Assembly (NCBI GenBank): GCA_015490555.1
Contig: WFXO01000070.1
Span: 6,606 to 70,605, forward strand
Direction of reading: 5' to 3'
DNA: 64,000 nucleotides
DNA from: a candidate division WOR-3 bacterium
GTDB taxonomy: Bacteria; Hydrothermota; Hydrothermia; WGAB01
The position numbers were made by a program, and so were the translations under genes. Below, one piece after another: positions 9,720-19,712 of the stretch (position 1 is its first letter; each line of letters begins with the position of its first letter). The notes under the pieces are model-generated. The model was not told the origin of the DNA, ran no database searches, and saw nothing but the letters and a program-made list of their open reading frames with translations.

Positions 9720-10393
9720 AACGGCTCTTCCGGGAACCCGTACGCCCCTTTCAAGGGAACAAAGGCGCACGGGAACAAGACCTGATGCTCCGCTTCGGTC
9801 TCAGAAACTTTGGTCACTTTCACCAGGTCCTGTCCCCATCGGTCGCCGACCGGCAACACCATGATGCCTCCGACCTTTAATTGCTCTACCAGGGGCGGTG
9901 GGATCGACGGGGACGCCGCAGCAACCAGAATCTTGTCATAGGGCGCCCCTTCGGGCCAGCCTTTGGAGCCATCTCCCACGCGATATCGAATATTGGTGTA
10001 CCCGAGTTCCTCGAGCACTTCCCGGGCCCGTTCCTGGAGTTCCGGGATGACTTCGATGGTCCAGACCTCCTGGACCAGTTCTGCCAGAATGGCCGTTTGA
10101 TACCCCGATCCGGTCCCGATTTCCAAAACCCGATCGGTCTCTTGAGGGTCCAGGTTCGCCGTCATGGCCGCGACCATAAACGGCTGGGAGATGGTTTGGC
10201 CGTAGCCGATCGGCAGGGGCATGTCCGCGTAAGCCTGGACGCGATAGGGCTCCGGCACAAAGAGATGGCGGGGGACCTTTCGCATGGCTTCAATCACCCG
10301 GGGATGGGTGATCCCGCGAGTGATGATCTGCTGTTCGACCATGCGTTCGCGCTCAGCCCGATAGGGATCGTCGGAGGTCCTCCAGCCTTTCAT
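9716..10393 (-). CDS. pcm: Protein-L-isoaspartate O-methyltransferase
   Basis: 'GYGQTISQPFMVAAMT...VLEIGTGSGYQTAILAEL' PIMT signature motifs. It follows surE, as in the conserved surE-pcm pair. Confidence 0.85.
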   Translation of the reverse strand: MKGWRTSDDPYRAERERMVEQQIITRGITHPRVIEAMRKVPRHLFVPEPYRVQAYADMPLPIGYGQTISQPFMVAAMTANLDPQETDRVLEIGTGSGYQTAILAELVQEVWTIEVIPELQERAREVLEELGYTNIRYRVGDGSKGWPEGAPYDKILVAAASPSIPPPLVEQLKVGGIMVLPVGDRWGQDLVKVTKVSETEAEHQVLFPCAFVPLKGAYGFPEEPF

Positions 10394-11090
10394 CGTCCGT
10401 TAAGTCAATGTCTAAGGGGGTGACCGAGGCGTAGCCCTGGGAGAGGGCTTCCAGGTCGGTCCCCTCGGTCCGGGTCCACCGGACCTCTCCGGCAATCACA
10501 TAGGTCTCTGGCCCTAACCTTTCGACGGGATTGTCATAACATCGGTTGCCCAGTCGTGTGACTCGGAGCCCTCGGATGGCAGAAGCCGGTCCGGGCGGCA
10601 AGTTCAAATTCAGCAGGATCGGGGCCTCTGCCTCCAACAGGATCGGCAACAGTTGCCGGATATACGGCAACGCCTTCTCATAGGTCTCCGGGGTTTCTTC
10701 AGAGGCGGCGTTTCCTACGGAGACGGCCAGGGCAGGGATGCCCAGGAGCGCGGCCTCGCGGGCCCCAGCCACGGTCCCCGAGTAAAACACATCTTCTCCT
10801 ACGTTATAGCCGGCATTGATGCCTGAAATCACGACGTCGGGCGGCTTGGGCAGGAGGGCATGGACCGCCAGCATGACACAGTCCACAGGGGTCCCGGAGA
10901 CCGAAAAGAAGCGGGGCCGCTGTTCAATCACCCGCAACGGCTGGTGCAGGGTAATGGAGTGACTGGCGCCCGACCGCTCTTTGTGGGGGGCGACTACCCA
11001 CACTTCTCCAAGGTCCTGAAGGCCTTCTTCCAGAACCTTCAGGCCTAAGGCCTGATAGCCGTCATCGTTCGTCAACAAGATCAGCGCCAT
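10353..11090 (-). CDS. surE: 5'/3'-nucleotidase SurE
   Basis: N-terminus 'MALILLTNDDGYQALGLKVL' is the SurE signature. Confidence 0.85.
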   Translation of the reverse strand: MALILLTNDDGYQALGLKVLEEGLQDLGEVWVVAPHKERSGASHSITLHQPLRVIEQRPRFFSVSGTPVDCVMLAVHALLPKPPDVVISGINAGYNVGEDVFYSGTVAGAREAALLGIPALAVSVGNAASEETPETYEKALPYIRQLLPILLEAEAPILLNLNLPPGPASAIRGLRVTRLGNRCYDNPVERLGPETYVIAGEVRWTRTEGTDLEALSQGYASVTPLDIDLTDDERLEDLRRSLSG

Positions 11091-11779
11091 AGCAATCGGA
11101 TCGCCAGAAGGATAAACCGGACCGTGTCCCAGACCTTATGGATGGAACTCTCTTCCTGCCCGTACACCGTGGCCATGGGAACGTAGCCGATTTTAAAGCC
11201 CTTCAGGGCGGCCTGATAGAGGACCTCCGACTCAAAGTCAAACCGACGGGTGGTGGGCCTGAAGACCCTCAGAAAGCGCGCGGAAAGATACCGGTAACCA
11301 CTCTGGGTATCCTGGAGGCGCGTATGGGTCAAGAGGGAAAGGACCAGCGTGGTGGATCGATTGCTGAAATACCGATCCCACGGCATTTCCCCAAAATCGT
11401 GGAACCTGGACCCAACCACCACGTCGTAGCCCATCCGGGCCTTTTCCAGGAACCGGGGGATCAGTTCCGGGGGGTGCTGGAGGTCTGCGTCCATGGTAAT
11501 GACGCCGTCATAGCCGTGTTGTAGCGCCCACTGGAATCCGCGATACAGGGAGGCCCCTTTGCCGAGATTCTGGGGGTTTCGCAGGACCCGGACCCCGGCC
11601 TGCTCCGCCAGGGATGCCGTCTCATCCGTGGAGCCATCGTCCACAATAAGGACATCTTCCAGGGGGTGGACCTTGCGGATACGGTCCAAGAGTTCCGGCA
11701 CATGGGAGGCCTCGTTAAAGGCGGGAATGACGACCAGAACGCGGTTACGGCCGTCTTCGACGTGCGGTGTGGACGGCAT
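11081..11779 (-). CDS. Family 2 glycosyltransferase (dolichyl-phosphate mannosyltransferase-like)
   Basis: 'VLVVIPAFNEASHVPELLDRI...LIVDDGSTDET' GT2 motifs and 'ITMDADLQHPPE'. Confidence 0.75.
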   Translation of the reverse strand: MPSTPHVEDGRNRVLVVIPAFNEASHVPELLDRIRKVHPLEDVLIVDDGSTDETASLAEQAGVRVLRNPQNLGKGASLYRGFQWALQHGYDGVITMDADLQHPPELIPRFLEKARMGYDVVVGSRFHDFGEMPWDRYFSNRSTTLVLSLLTHTRLQDTQSGYRYLSARFLRVFRPTTRRFDFESEVLYQAALKGFKIGYVPMATVYGQEESSIHKVWDTVRFILLAIRLLWR

Positions 11780-14700
11780 GCTCCAGGACGGTTTGGATAT
11801 CTTGGATGGAGAGGGGCTTGATCAGGTATTGGACCTGCTCATCTTCCAAAAATTTGCGGACCTCCTCCCGGCCCACATCCCCGGTAATAAAGACCACCCG
11901 ATGGGCATTCTCCGGCGCTTCCCGCTTGAGCCGCTCATAGATCTCGATCCCGGAAAGGGTCGGCATCTTGACATCCAGCAGAATCAAGTCAAAGTGCTCG
12001 GAGACCGCAAGGTGGAGGCCATGGACCGGATCACTGGTCACCACCGGATCTTGCCCTAAGGTCTCTAAGATATTTCGGAGCAGATCCACAATATCGGGCT
12101 CGTCATCAATAACCAAGACTCGATGGGAGGGCTGACGGGGGACCCCTGCGGCGGGTGTCGGGGCCTGGACTGGCTTCGCGGCCTCCACCCGAACGGAGGG
12201 GAGCAAGATTCGGAAACAAGTCCCTTGCCCCACTTCACTTTCCACCTGGATCGTCCCGTTCATCTTCTCCACCAGCCGTTGGACGATGGCCAGGCCTAAC
12301 CCTGTCCCTTTACCCGGAGGCTTGGTGGTGAAGAAGGGATCAAAGATCTCTTCTAACAGGTGTTCTGGAATCCCGGGCCCGGTGTCCTCAACCTCCAGGA
12401 CCAACTGGTCCCGCTGTGGATAGGTCCGAATGGTGATGGTGCCCTTTTTCCCGGATTCCACAATGGCATCCCGGGCATTTGTCAGGAGGTTCATGATGAT
12501 CTGGTTGATTTCGCCTTTGTTGGCATGGGTATACGGGAGTTTGGGGTCTAAATCGAGGGCCAGGTCCACGTTTTCCTTGCTGAACGCCTTGCGGACAATG
12601 TCTACGGTCTTCCGGATCTGGTGATTCAGATCCACAATTTCGACGGTTTGTTCTTGTGTGCTTCGGGCGTACTCCAGGAGGGAGCGGATGATGTTGGAAG
12701 CCCGTTCTGTCGCCTCCTTCACACGACGGAGATCTCGCCGTAATGGCTCCGGCAACTCGGTGTCATTGAGGTGGAATTCTGTATAGCCCTGGATGATCAT
12801 CAGCGGGTTGCTGATCTCGTGGGCGACACCGGCTGCCAGGCTGCCGATCGCCGCCAGTTTCGAGGATTCCATCAGTTTGTTCCGGGTGGTTTGGAGTTTC
12901 TTGAGGGTCTCGACGGTCTCCTGGAAGAGCCGTGCGTTTTCCAAAAAGGCACCCAAGAAGAGCGCCAGTGGGCCCAGGGTCTGGAGCATCTCTTCGTTGA
13001 ATTGGCCCGGCTGGTCGCTCTCCAGGTTCAAAACGCCCACGGTCTCCCCTCTCGCCTGGAGCGGCACACAGAGTTTCGATCGCGTGGTATGGAGAAGGGG
13101 CAGATCCTGCGATTCGTGCTCGACATCTGAGACGACAGCCGGTTGGCCAGTGCGTGCGACGGAGCCGATCATCCCGGTCCCCACGGGAATCCCGCGCCGG
13201 ATCTCCGGGTTCTCGATGGACCGGCCTGCGATGCCCATGGGGACGAGTCGCCGACTCTCGGGGTCCAGCCAGAAGAGACTGACGTGGTCGGCCCCAAACC
13301 GTTTCCGGATCCGCTGCAAGATCTCTGGCAGGGTTTCATGGAGGTTCAAAGAAGCCGTGGCCTGCAATGAGAGGTCATAGAGGAACTGGAGTTCTTCCCT
13401 ACGGTGTTTCTCCCGCTCCGCATGGATGACCTGCAGAAGGCCCAATGCGGTTTGCCAAGCAATGGCATCGCACACCTCCCGACGGAGATCGGGCTGGGCC
13501 GGCCCCGGGATGCCCTCGATCCAGAGATACCATGTCTCGGGCCCCTGTGCCAGGATCTTCTTAAAGTAGGCTCCCCCCTTCATCTCGCCGGTGGAAAGGG
13601 TTCCGAACTCTTCCTCGTCGACCTCCAGCCAGGCCAGGAATTGCGTGCGTGTGAATTCGAAGTTCTGGAATTCCAGGGTCTTTCGGTTATAAAGGTAGGC
13701 TCGGTAGCGTTTTCCGGCATCCTCTTCCTGGATCAGGGAAACCCTTTGGGCATAGAGGGCGTCTGCGATCATCGGGACGACATTTTCAACAAAGGAAGCA
13801 AAGTCGTGGACCTGAAGGAGGGTTGCCGTCAACTGGAAAACCGACTCGCGAGCAAAAACTTGGGCGCGCTGGCGTTTGAGTTCCGCGAGGTGCTCCAGGA
13901 GGATGGAGCCCAGGTCGACCCACATCATCACGGCCTGCTTGCTGGCCCCAGAAAAGGCCTTGGGTTCCCTCTTCGAGGCAATGCCAAGGAGACCAATGGG
14001 TTGCCCCTCCACTTTCACGATCCCAGCGAAGAGGCTCCGAAGATCCTCTTGTTGGAGAAGTCTCGGGCTCCCCAGGGCTTCTGCCTGGACATCTTCGATA
14101 TAAAAGAACCGGCCCAGTACCGATTGTTCAATCTTCTGGACTTCGGCCATCGGGATCTTATAAAGTCTCCGGAACTTTTCCGAGACGCCCGCGGCGGCCT
14201 CGACCTCATAGAGGCGACCGGTTTCATTCAGGCGTAGGAAAAAGGAGGCGTCGGCTTCTGTTGCTTCCCGGACGGCGTCTACCAACCGTTGTCCCAAAAG
14301 CCCCTCGTCCATGGATTGGAACAACGTCCGGGTATACATCAAGATGTTGTCCATCGCTTGCTTGCGGGAACCCGAGACGTGTTCGGCCCACGCTTTCTGG
14401 AACGCGAGGGCCAAAATTCGGAGGGCATGCTCGATCTCTTTTTCCAGCCCCGCTCGGTTTTGTGATGTTTCTTCAGGCAAGGCAAGGATGATGAGCCATC
14501 GAAGGTGGTCTTCTGCGGCAATAGGAAGGACCCCTAACGCAGGGATGCCAAGGATCTGAGCCAGTTTCTCGGCGAGTGGATCCGTCCGATTCGGGGGGTC
14601 GAAAAAGGACATGTGTGAAGGGAGGGGCTCCACGGGGGCGAGATCCTCCAGGGAGAACCTCCGGGGCACAAAGAGATGGACAGAGGAAGGGTTCCCGGCG

Positions 14701-14864
14701 CGTCGAAGCCACTGACCCTGATCCTCGTCCATCTCATAAAGGACAACCATTGGAACCTTGAGAACTTCCCGGACGTGCGTCACCAGCGCCTTGGCCAAAT
14801 GCCCCGGCTCCCGAACCTGTTCCAGGGCTGTAATCGCCTCCAGCAACTGTGGAGTTACGGTCAT
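11745..14864 (-). CDS. Hybrid sensor histidine kinase (multi-GAF sensor, HisKA, HATPase_c, C-terminal receiver)
   Basis: 1039 aa. H-box 'VAHEISNPLMIIQGYTEF', an ATPase G-box 'DTGPGIP', and a C-terminal REC 'RVLVIDDEPDIVDLL...DLILLDVKMP'. The N-terminal region is GAF-like. Confidence 0.8.
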   Translation of the reverse strand: MTVTPQLLEAITALEQVREPGHLAKALVTHVREVLKVPMVVLYEMDEDQGQWLRRAGNPSSVHLFVPRRFSLEDLAPVEPLPSHMSFFDPPNRTDPLAEKLAQILGIPALGVLPIAAEDHLRWLIILALPEETSQNRAGLEKEIEHALRILALAFQKAWAEHVSGSRKQAMDNILMYTRTLFQSMDEGLLGQRLVDAVREATEADASFFLRLNETGRLYEVEAAAGVSEKFRRLYKIPMAEVQKIEQSVLGRFFYIEDVQAEALGSPRLLQQEDLRSLFAGIVKVEGQPIGLLGIASKREPKAFSGASKQAVMMWVDLGSILLEHLAELKRQRAQVFARESVFQLTATLLQVHDFASFVENVVPMIADALYAQRVSLIQEEDAGKRYRAYLYNRKTLEFQNFEFTRTQFLAWLEVDEEEFGTLSTGEMKGGAYFKKILAQGPETWYLWIEGIPGPAQPDLRREVCDAIAWQTALGLLQVIHAEREKHRREELQFLYDLSLQATASLNLHETLPEILQRIRKRFGADHVSLFWLDPESRRLVPMGIAGRSIENPEIRRGIPVGTGMIGSVARTGQPAVVSDVEHESQDLPLLHTTRSKLCVPLQARGETVGVLNLESDQPGQFNEEMLQTLGPLALFLGAFLENARLFQETVETLKKLQTTRNKLMESSKLAAIGSLAAGVAHEISNPLMIIQGYTEFHLNDTELPEPLRRDLRRVKEATERASNIIRSLLEYARSTQEQTVEIVDLNHQIRKTVDIVRKAFSKENVDLALDLDPKLPYTHANKGEINQIIMNLLTNARDAIVESGKKGTITIRTYPQRDQLVLEVEDTGPGIPEHLLEEIFDPFFTTKPPGKGTGLGLAIVQRLVEKMNGTIQVESEVGQGTCFRILLPSVRVEAAKPVQAPTPAAGVPRQPSHRVLVIDDEPDIVDLLRNILETLGQDPVVTSDPVHGLHLAVSEHFDLILLDVKMPTLSGIEIYERLKREAPENAHRVVFITGDVGREEVRKFLEDEQVQYLIKPLSIQDIQTVLEHAVHTARRRRP

Positions 14865-15231
14865 CCCTGACTCCTAGGTATTTGAGGGGACCCGATGAAC
14901 CGCCAGGGGAAAGGACAATAGAAACGCCGGCCAGGGAAGGTCAGGACACCCCAGTGGGGACATCGAGATTTATGTTCGGCCGATTGTCGCATGATTCATA
15001 ACCTTTTGAAATCCATAGTCATTCAAAAACCGCTATGATTTTAAGGACCTTGCAACCGGAACTCAACAAAGAGGGGGCGAAATTTAGCCGTGTACGGAAC
15101 TTTTCCTGTCCCGATCCCATGAAATCCTTTGAGATCTTCTTTGGGTTTTTTCTCCTTTTTTCGTTTCTTCAAATTGCGAGGGGCCTCAGGAAAGCGTACC
15201 ATTAGGGCCAAGATCAAGGAGGTTTATTACG

Positions 15232-15729
15232 ATGAATGTCCTTCTCAGCGTGTTGGTGGGTGTCATCCAGTGGAATGCGGGGGCGTTGACCTTCCACAGC
15301 CGGATGCATCGCCCGACCGCCTTCCAGACGTTGGAAGACAGTACGGTCCAGGTCACGGCTCAACCCCAGAAGCCTGCCGAGGCATTGGTCTGGACAACGA
15401 TTGACTCTGTGCCCATCCTCGACACCACCCAAACCCTCCAATTCGAATTCCAGGGACTGACACCGGGGATCCACCTCCGAATCGGCATCTTTTTTCAGGT
15501 CCAAGGAAGCCAGGATTATTACACCATCGATCGGACGGTGTTACTCGACACCGCGTGGTCCACGATCGAGATCCCCTTACGCGGGGCAAAGAAGGTCTTC
15601 GGCTCCAACTTCCCGCATGCACTCTCGATGTTTGGCAACGCCGATCTGATCCTCATTTTCTCCAACCCCATGGCCGAGCCCTTTGTGTGGAAGATTCGGA
15701 CCATTTCTCTTGTCCCTTCAAAGTCATGA
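15232..15729 (+). CDS. Hypothetical protein
   Basis: 165-aa ORF with AAGGAGG 9 nt upstream. The stop overlaps the next gene's start (ATGA). No recognisable domain. Confidence 0.4.
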   Translation: MNVLLSVLVGVIQWNAGALTFHSRMHRPTAFQTLEDSTVQVTAQPQKPAEALVWTTIDSVPILDTTQTLQFEFQGLTPGIHLRIGIFFQVQGSQDYYTIDRTVLLDTAWSTIEIPLRGAKKVFGSNFPHALSMFGNADLILIFSNPMAEPFVWKIRTISLVPSKS

Positions 15730-17237
15730 AACGAGCGCTTGTCCTTCTCCTTTTGGGGGTTCCTCTGCTGGCGGATCCACCTTTTACGCCCAATGTCCGG
15801 GTCAGCCAGGATCCGCCGAATCTCACCGTCAACCAGGGAGAATCCTCCTTTGCGGTCTGGCACGACTCCATCTATGTGGTATGCAACATTGCCGAACGGT
15901 CCGTCTATCCGATGATTCCCTTTGCTCGGTCGATCAGCAACGGTGATTCCTTTGAACTCCATTATGAATTCATTGACCAGAGTACGGGGATCACCTGGCA
16001 TACGGACCCGGTCATTGCCGTGGACGATTCCGGCCACGTCCATATGCTCGTGCAATTCAGCGTGGACTTGATTCGGCATTATTTGTCCCGGGACGGCGGG
16101 ATCACCTGGGCCGAGACCACAAACGTTTCCGACCCCGCAACCGGCGGCTGGGTGGATAAGCCCTGGATGGTCGTGGACGGTAACCATGTCTATGTGGCCT
16201 GGCAGGAGTTCTATAGTGCCGAACAGGGAATCCGCTTTGCACGGTCCGATGACTACGGCCGGACTTTCACAGTCCAGACCGTGGATCCAAACCATACCGG
16301 CTTGGTCGCTTTGAACATTAACCGGAATACCGGCACCTTGTACATGGTGTATGTCGCCTGGGGCTCTGGGCTCTACTTCACCCGATCCGATAACGGCGGA
16401 TTCTCCTGGTGGTCCCCGACGTGGATCGGCAATGTACAGTACGACGGCGGCATCGGGGATCGGGCCCCCATTGTTTCCCTGGCAGTCTACGGGGATACCC
16501 TTTTTGTCTCCTGGGTGGATGATCGCAACGGCTCCTGGGATATCCTCGGGATGCGAAGCCTCAACGGAGGACTGTCCTGGGAAGGTCCGTGGATCTTGAA
16601 CCACACCCTGGCTGGCGGCCAGTGTAAGTCCTGGGTGACCTTTGACCCCTATAGCGGCCTACACCTGTTCTATTACAGCACCCCAGATTGGCCCACCCAA
16701 TTGGGTAGCCAGTGGTCGGTGTGGTACCGGTATTCCTCGGATTTTGGCCAGACCTGGGACCTCACAGCGCGGATCACCGATACCACCTTTCTGGGCCATT
16801 ACTTTCAGGATAACACCAACTTTATGGGCGACTACCACATGATCGTCGCCGATAGCCACTATGTTTATGCCGTCTGGACCGATGGCCGGGATGGCAATAT
16901 GAATCTCTATTTTGCGAAAGCCCCGCTGTCTGAGGTCTCGGTTGCGGAGCGCCAAGGGCTCAGGATCCCGGAACTCCGTGTCCACTGGTTCTACCGGGAT
17001 GGTTTGCCCTGGCTTCACTTCAACGTCTCCCGTTCGATAGAGTCCCTGGACCTGACGCTTTACAACATCACCGGCCGGCGGCTCTGGAGCCGGACTCTCC
17101 AGTTGATTTCACCGGGCGCACATCGCCTACCCTTGGGGCTCTCCAATCCTCCCACGGGCCTTTACCTGCTCCGTCTACGGACACCCAGCGGACAACAGGT
17201 TACAAAAACCCTATGGTTCCCCACCTTCTCTCACTGA
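15726..17237 (+). CDS. BNR-repeat (sialidase-like) secreted protein with T9SS C-terminal sorting domain
   Basis: Multiple BNR motifs (SRDGGITW, SDDYGRTF, SDNGGFSW, SLNGGLSW, SSDFGQTW). Signal peptide 'MKRALVLLLLGVPLLA' and a CTD-like tail '...LYLLRLRTPSGQQVTKTLWF'. Start taken at ATG 15726; the ORF track starts at 15555. Confidence 0.65.
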   Translation: MKRALVLLLLGVPLLADPPFTPNVRVSQDPPNLTVNQGESSFAVWHDSIYVVCNIAERSVYPMIPFARSISNGDSFELHYEFIDQSTGITWHTDPVIAVDDSGHVHMLVQFSVDLIRHYLSRDGGITWAETTNVSDPATGGWVDKPWMVVDGNHVYVAWQEFYSAEQGIRFARSDDYGRTFTVQTVDPNHTGLVALNINRNTGTLYMVYVAWGSGLYFTRSDNGGFSWWSPTWIGNVQYDGGIGDRAPIVSLAVYGDTLFVSWVDDRNGSWDILGMRSLNGGLSWEGPWILNHTLAGGQCKSWVTFDPYSGLHLFYYSTPDWPTQLGSQWSVWYRYSSDFGQTWDLTARITDTTFLGHYFQDNTNFMGDYHMIVADSHYVYAVWTDGRDGNMNLYFAKAPLSEVSVAERQGLRIPELRVHWFYRDGLPWLHFNVSRSIESLDLTLYNITGRRLWSRTLQLISPGAHRLPLGLSNPPTGLYLLRLRTPSGQQVTKTLWFPTFSH

Positions 17238-17296
17238 GCAAACAAACCGCCCTCGGTTATAATTAACGTGTGAGGTCTAAAAAAAGGAGGTAGAGG

Positions 17297-18235
17297 ATGA
17301 GAGGTTTTCTGGTTAGCGTTCTCCTCGTGGGGGCCCTACACGCCCAGGTCCTTTACGAGGAACACTTCACCAACGGGACGCCGCAGTTGACCTGGCAGGG
17401 ATACTTTTCGAACTACGGTCTCTTGGACACTCTGGTGGTCGTGAACGACAACACCACTCCGGAAGGCGATGGCTGGGTTGGTAAAGTTACCGGAGACGCC
17501 TTTGCCATGCAAGTGGCAGGCGATCCCGCCCTAACGAATTACTCCATCGAGGCCTGGATTTATACCATCGTTACGCCCAGTGGTAGCGGCCCATATAACG
17601 GCTTAGCATTCCGGGTAAACCCGGTGGACAGTGGCTTTTATATTTTTGCTGCCGACTTCGACAGTGACCGCCGTCTCCGCCTGAGTTACCACGCCCCACC
17701 GGACTTCATGCCTACCATCCTGCAGGTCTGGTACGATGCCGATGTCCCGGGGGGATTGCCCGTGACCAGCGGCTGGCACCACTTTGCCGTGAACGCCTTC
17801 GGCGACTCCATCTCCCTGTACTTTGACAACATTCTACTCCCCGGCTCTCCCATCATTGACAACCACTCTACCTTTGGGATGTTCGGGGTCTATGCGGCCT
17901 CCTTTGCCACGACTCCTGAGACCAAATTCGACGCCCTGATTGTGCGAGATGTCCCCTACGGAGTTAACGAATCCTCGACCCCGCAACCGCTCCCACGGGT
18001 CCGGGTCACTCCAATCCCCTTTGAACGGGTTTTGACGATCCGGAATCTCCCAGACCACCCCACCCAGATCCGCGTCTTTAACACTGCGGGCCAGTTGATC
18101 TGGCAAAAACAGACCCGGGGCACGGAATCTGTGATTCGCTGGCTCGGGGTAGATCAATCCCAGCGCCCGGTCCGTCCAGGGGTTTACTTCCTGCAAATCG
18201 GAAATCAGCGGATCCGTATTGTCAAGGCGCAGTAA
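17297..18235 (+). CDS. Secreted hypothetical protein with T9SS C-terminal sorting domain
   Basis: Signal peptide 'MRGFLVSVLLVGALHA'. C-terminus 'IRVFNTAGQLIWQKQ...GVYFLQIGNQRIRIV' is Por_Secre_tail-like. RBS AAGGAGG upstream. Confidence 0.55.
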   Translation: MRGFLVSVLLVGALHAQVLYEEHFTNGTPQLTWQGYFSNYGLLDTLVVVNDNTTPEGDGWVGKVTGDAFAMQVAGDPALTNYSIEAWIYTIVTPSGSGPYNGLAFRVNPVDSGFYIFAADFDSDRRLRLSYHAPPDFMPTILQVWYDADVPGGLPVTSGWHHFAVNAFGDSISLYFDNILLPGSPIIDNHSTFGMFGVYAASFATTPETKFDALIVRDVPYGVNESSTPQPLPRVRVTPIPFERVLTIRNLPDHPTQIRVFNTAGQLIWQKQTRGTESVIRWLGVDQSQRPVRPGVYFLQIGNQRIRIVKAQ

Positions 18236-18258
18236 TCCAAGGCGCCAATAAAGAACCA

Positions 18259-18275
18259 CCCCCTCCTGCTGGGGG
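18259..18275. terminator. Possible hairpin between convergent genes (CCCCC-N7-GGGGG), no U-tract
   Basis: Seen directly in the sequence between the stops of the 17297-18235 (+) and 18303-19706 (-) genes. Weak terminator candidate. Confidence 0.2.
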
Positions 18276-18302
18276 ACGGCGAGCCCTCGAACCCCATTCT
18301 CC

Positions 18303-19706
18303 TTAAGGCCGCAGGGTGAGGAAGCGCTTTCTTTCGTAGCGGCGAATCACAATCAATACGGGCCGCTTGCTGTCTTGATATTGCTCGATTGCCTTCCGGA
18401 CATCCCCGAGACTGTGGACCCGGATCGTACCAATCTTCAGGATCTCATCCCCTGCCTCAATCCCCGCCTCATCCGCTGGGCTGTCCGACGCCACGTCTTC
18501 GACATAGACCTTTCCATCCTCTTCCCTCAAGGTCATGCCCCAGTTCCGGGCGTGACGGGCAGAGGCCAAGACCCCCTCTTCGCCTGGTCGTTCTCCAAGC
18601 GTCACGTTGAGAGACCTCTTCTTCCCATCCCGGAAAATGGTGATCTTAATCGTTTTCCCTGGCGGGAATTGTGCGATTCGGAGCCGTAGATCCCCGGTGT
18701 TCCGCACCGGTTTTCCCTCCACTTCCAGGATCACGTCGCCGTCCTCAATCCCCGCTTCATCCGCCGGCGTCCCGGCAATCACCTCTGTCACCAGGACCCC
18801 TCGAACCTCTTTCAGCCCCAATCCCTCCGCCAGGTCTGGGGTTAAATCCTGAATGTATACACCCAGGTAGCCTCGAACGACTTTGCCTTCCTGGATCAAG
18901 GATTTGGCCACCCAGCGAACGGTGTTCACCGGAATGGCAAAGCCAACCCCGGAAGAACTCCCGGACCGGGAACTCATCGCCGTTACCATGCCGATGACTT
19001 CACCCTTGAGATTCACCAAGGGACCGCCGGAGTTGCCCGGATTGACCGCCGCATCGGTCTGAATGAAATCCTGATACTCGGGCCCACCCGGGATCTGAAC
19101 CCCAGATCGGTGTAGTGCACTGATGATGCCCAGAGAGATCGATTGCCCATAGCCAAAGGGGGTGCCCACCGCCAGGACCCACTGCCCAACCCGGAGATCC
19201 TCCGAGTCCCCCAGTGGCAAAACCGCGAGGTCTGCATCCGTCTGAATCTTTAAGACCGCGACATCCGTCGGCCGATCGATCCCGACCACATCCACCTGTT
19301 CCTCATCCAAAACCGTGCCATCCGGCAGGGTAACCTGAATCTCCTTGGCGTCAGAGACCACATGGGCGGCCGTAACGATGTAATAACCGTCTTCGGCCTT
19401 CTGGAAAACGAACCCTGTGCCATACATCGGGCCACGGAACTCCGGAATCTCGATTCGGAACTTCTTCTGGAACTCACGGAACCATTCTCCCCAGGGGAAT
19501 TCTTCATATTCTTTACCTTCCCAGGGCCCCTTCTTCGGTGAGATCCGGATCTCTGGCTTCCAGGCCTTCTTGGGCTTTACCTCCAGCGTCACCACGCCCT
19601 TCTGGACCTTTTCAGCGACTCGGATGGTCTGTTCTTCAGCGGCCAGACCCCACAAGGCGGTCGCCAATCCCAACATCAAAACAATAGAAAACGCCTTGTG
19701 TCTCAT
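18303..19706 (-). CDS. HtrA/DegP-family periplasmic serine protease with two PDZ domains
   Basis: 'TAAHVV' His box, 'GNSGGPLVNLKGEVIGM' Ser box, and two PDZ-like regions. Signal peptide present. Confidence 0.85.
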   Translation of the reverse strand: MRHKAFSIVLMLGLATALWGLAAEEQTIRVAEKVQKGVVTLEVKPKKAWKPEIRISPKKGPWEGKEYEEFPWGEWFREFQKKFRIEIPEFRGPMYGTGFVFQKAEDGYYIVTAAHVVSDAKEIQVTLPDGTVLDEEQVDVVGIDRPTDVAVLKIQTDADLAVLPLGDSEDLRVGQWVLAVGTPFGYGQSISLGIISALHRSGVQIPGGPEYQDFIQTDAAVNPGNSGGPLVNLKGEVIGMVTAMSSRSGSSSGVGFAIPVNTVRWVAKSLIQEGKVVRGYLGVYIQDLTPDLAEGLGLKEVRGVLVTEVIAGTPADEAGIEDGDVILEVEGKPVRNTGDLRLRIAQFPPGKTIKITIFRDGKKRSLNVTLGERPGEEGVLASARHARNWGMTLREEDGKVYVEDVASDSPADEAGIEAGDEILKIGTIRVHSLGDVRKAIEQYQDSKRPVLIVIRRYERKRFLTLRP

Positions 19707-19712
19707 GGTCCT

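Noticed and set aside
13404-14237. 277-aa ORF on the plus strand inside the histidine-kinase gene
   Set aside because: It is antisense to a gene with clear HisKA/HATPase/REC motifs. A high-GC genome generates long stop-free antisense frames, and this one has no RBS or recognisable domain.
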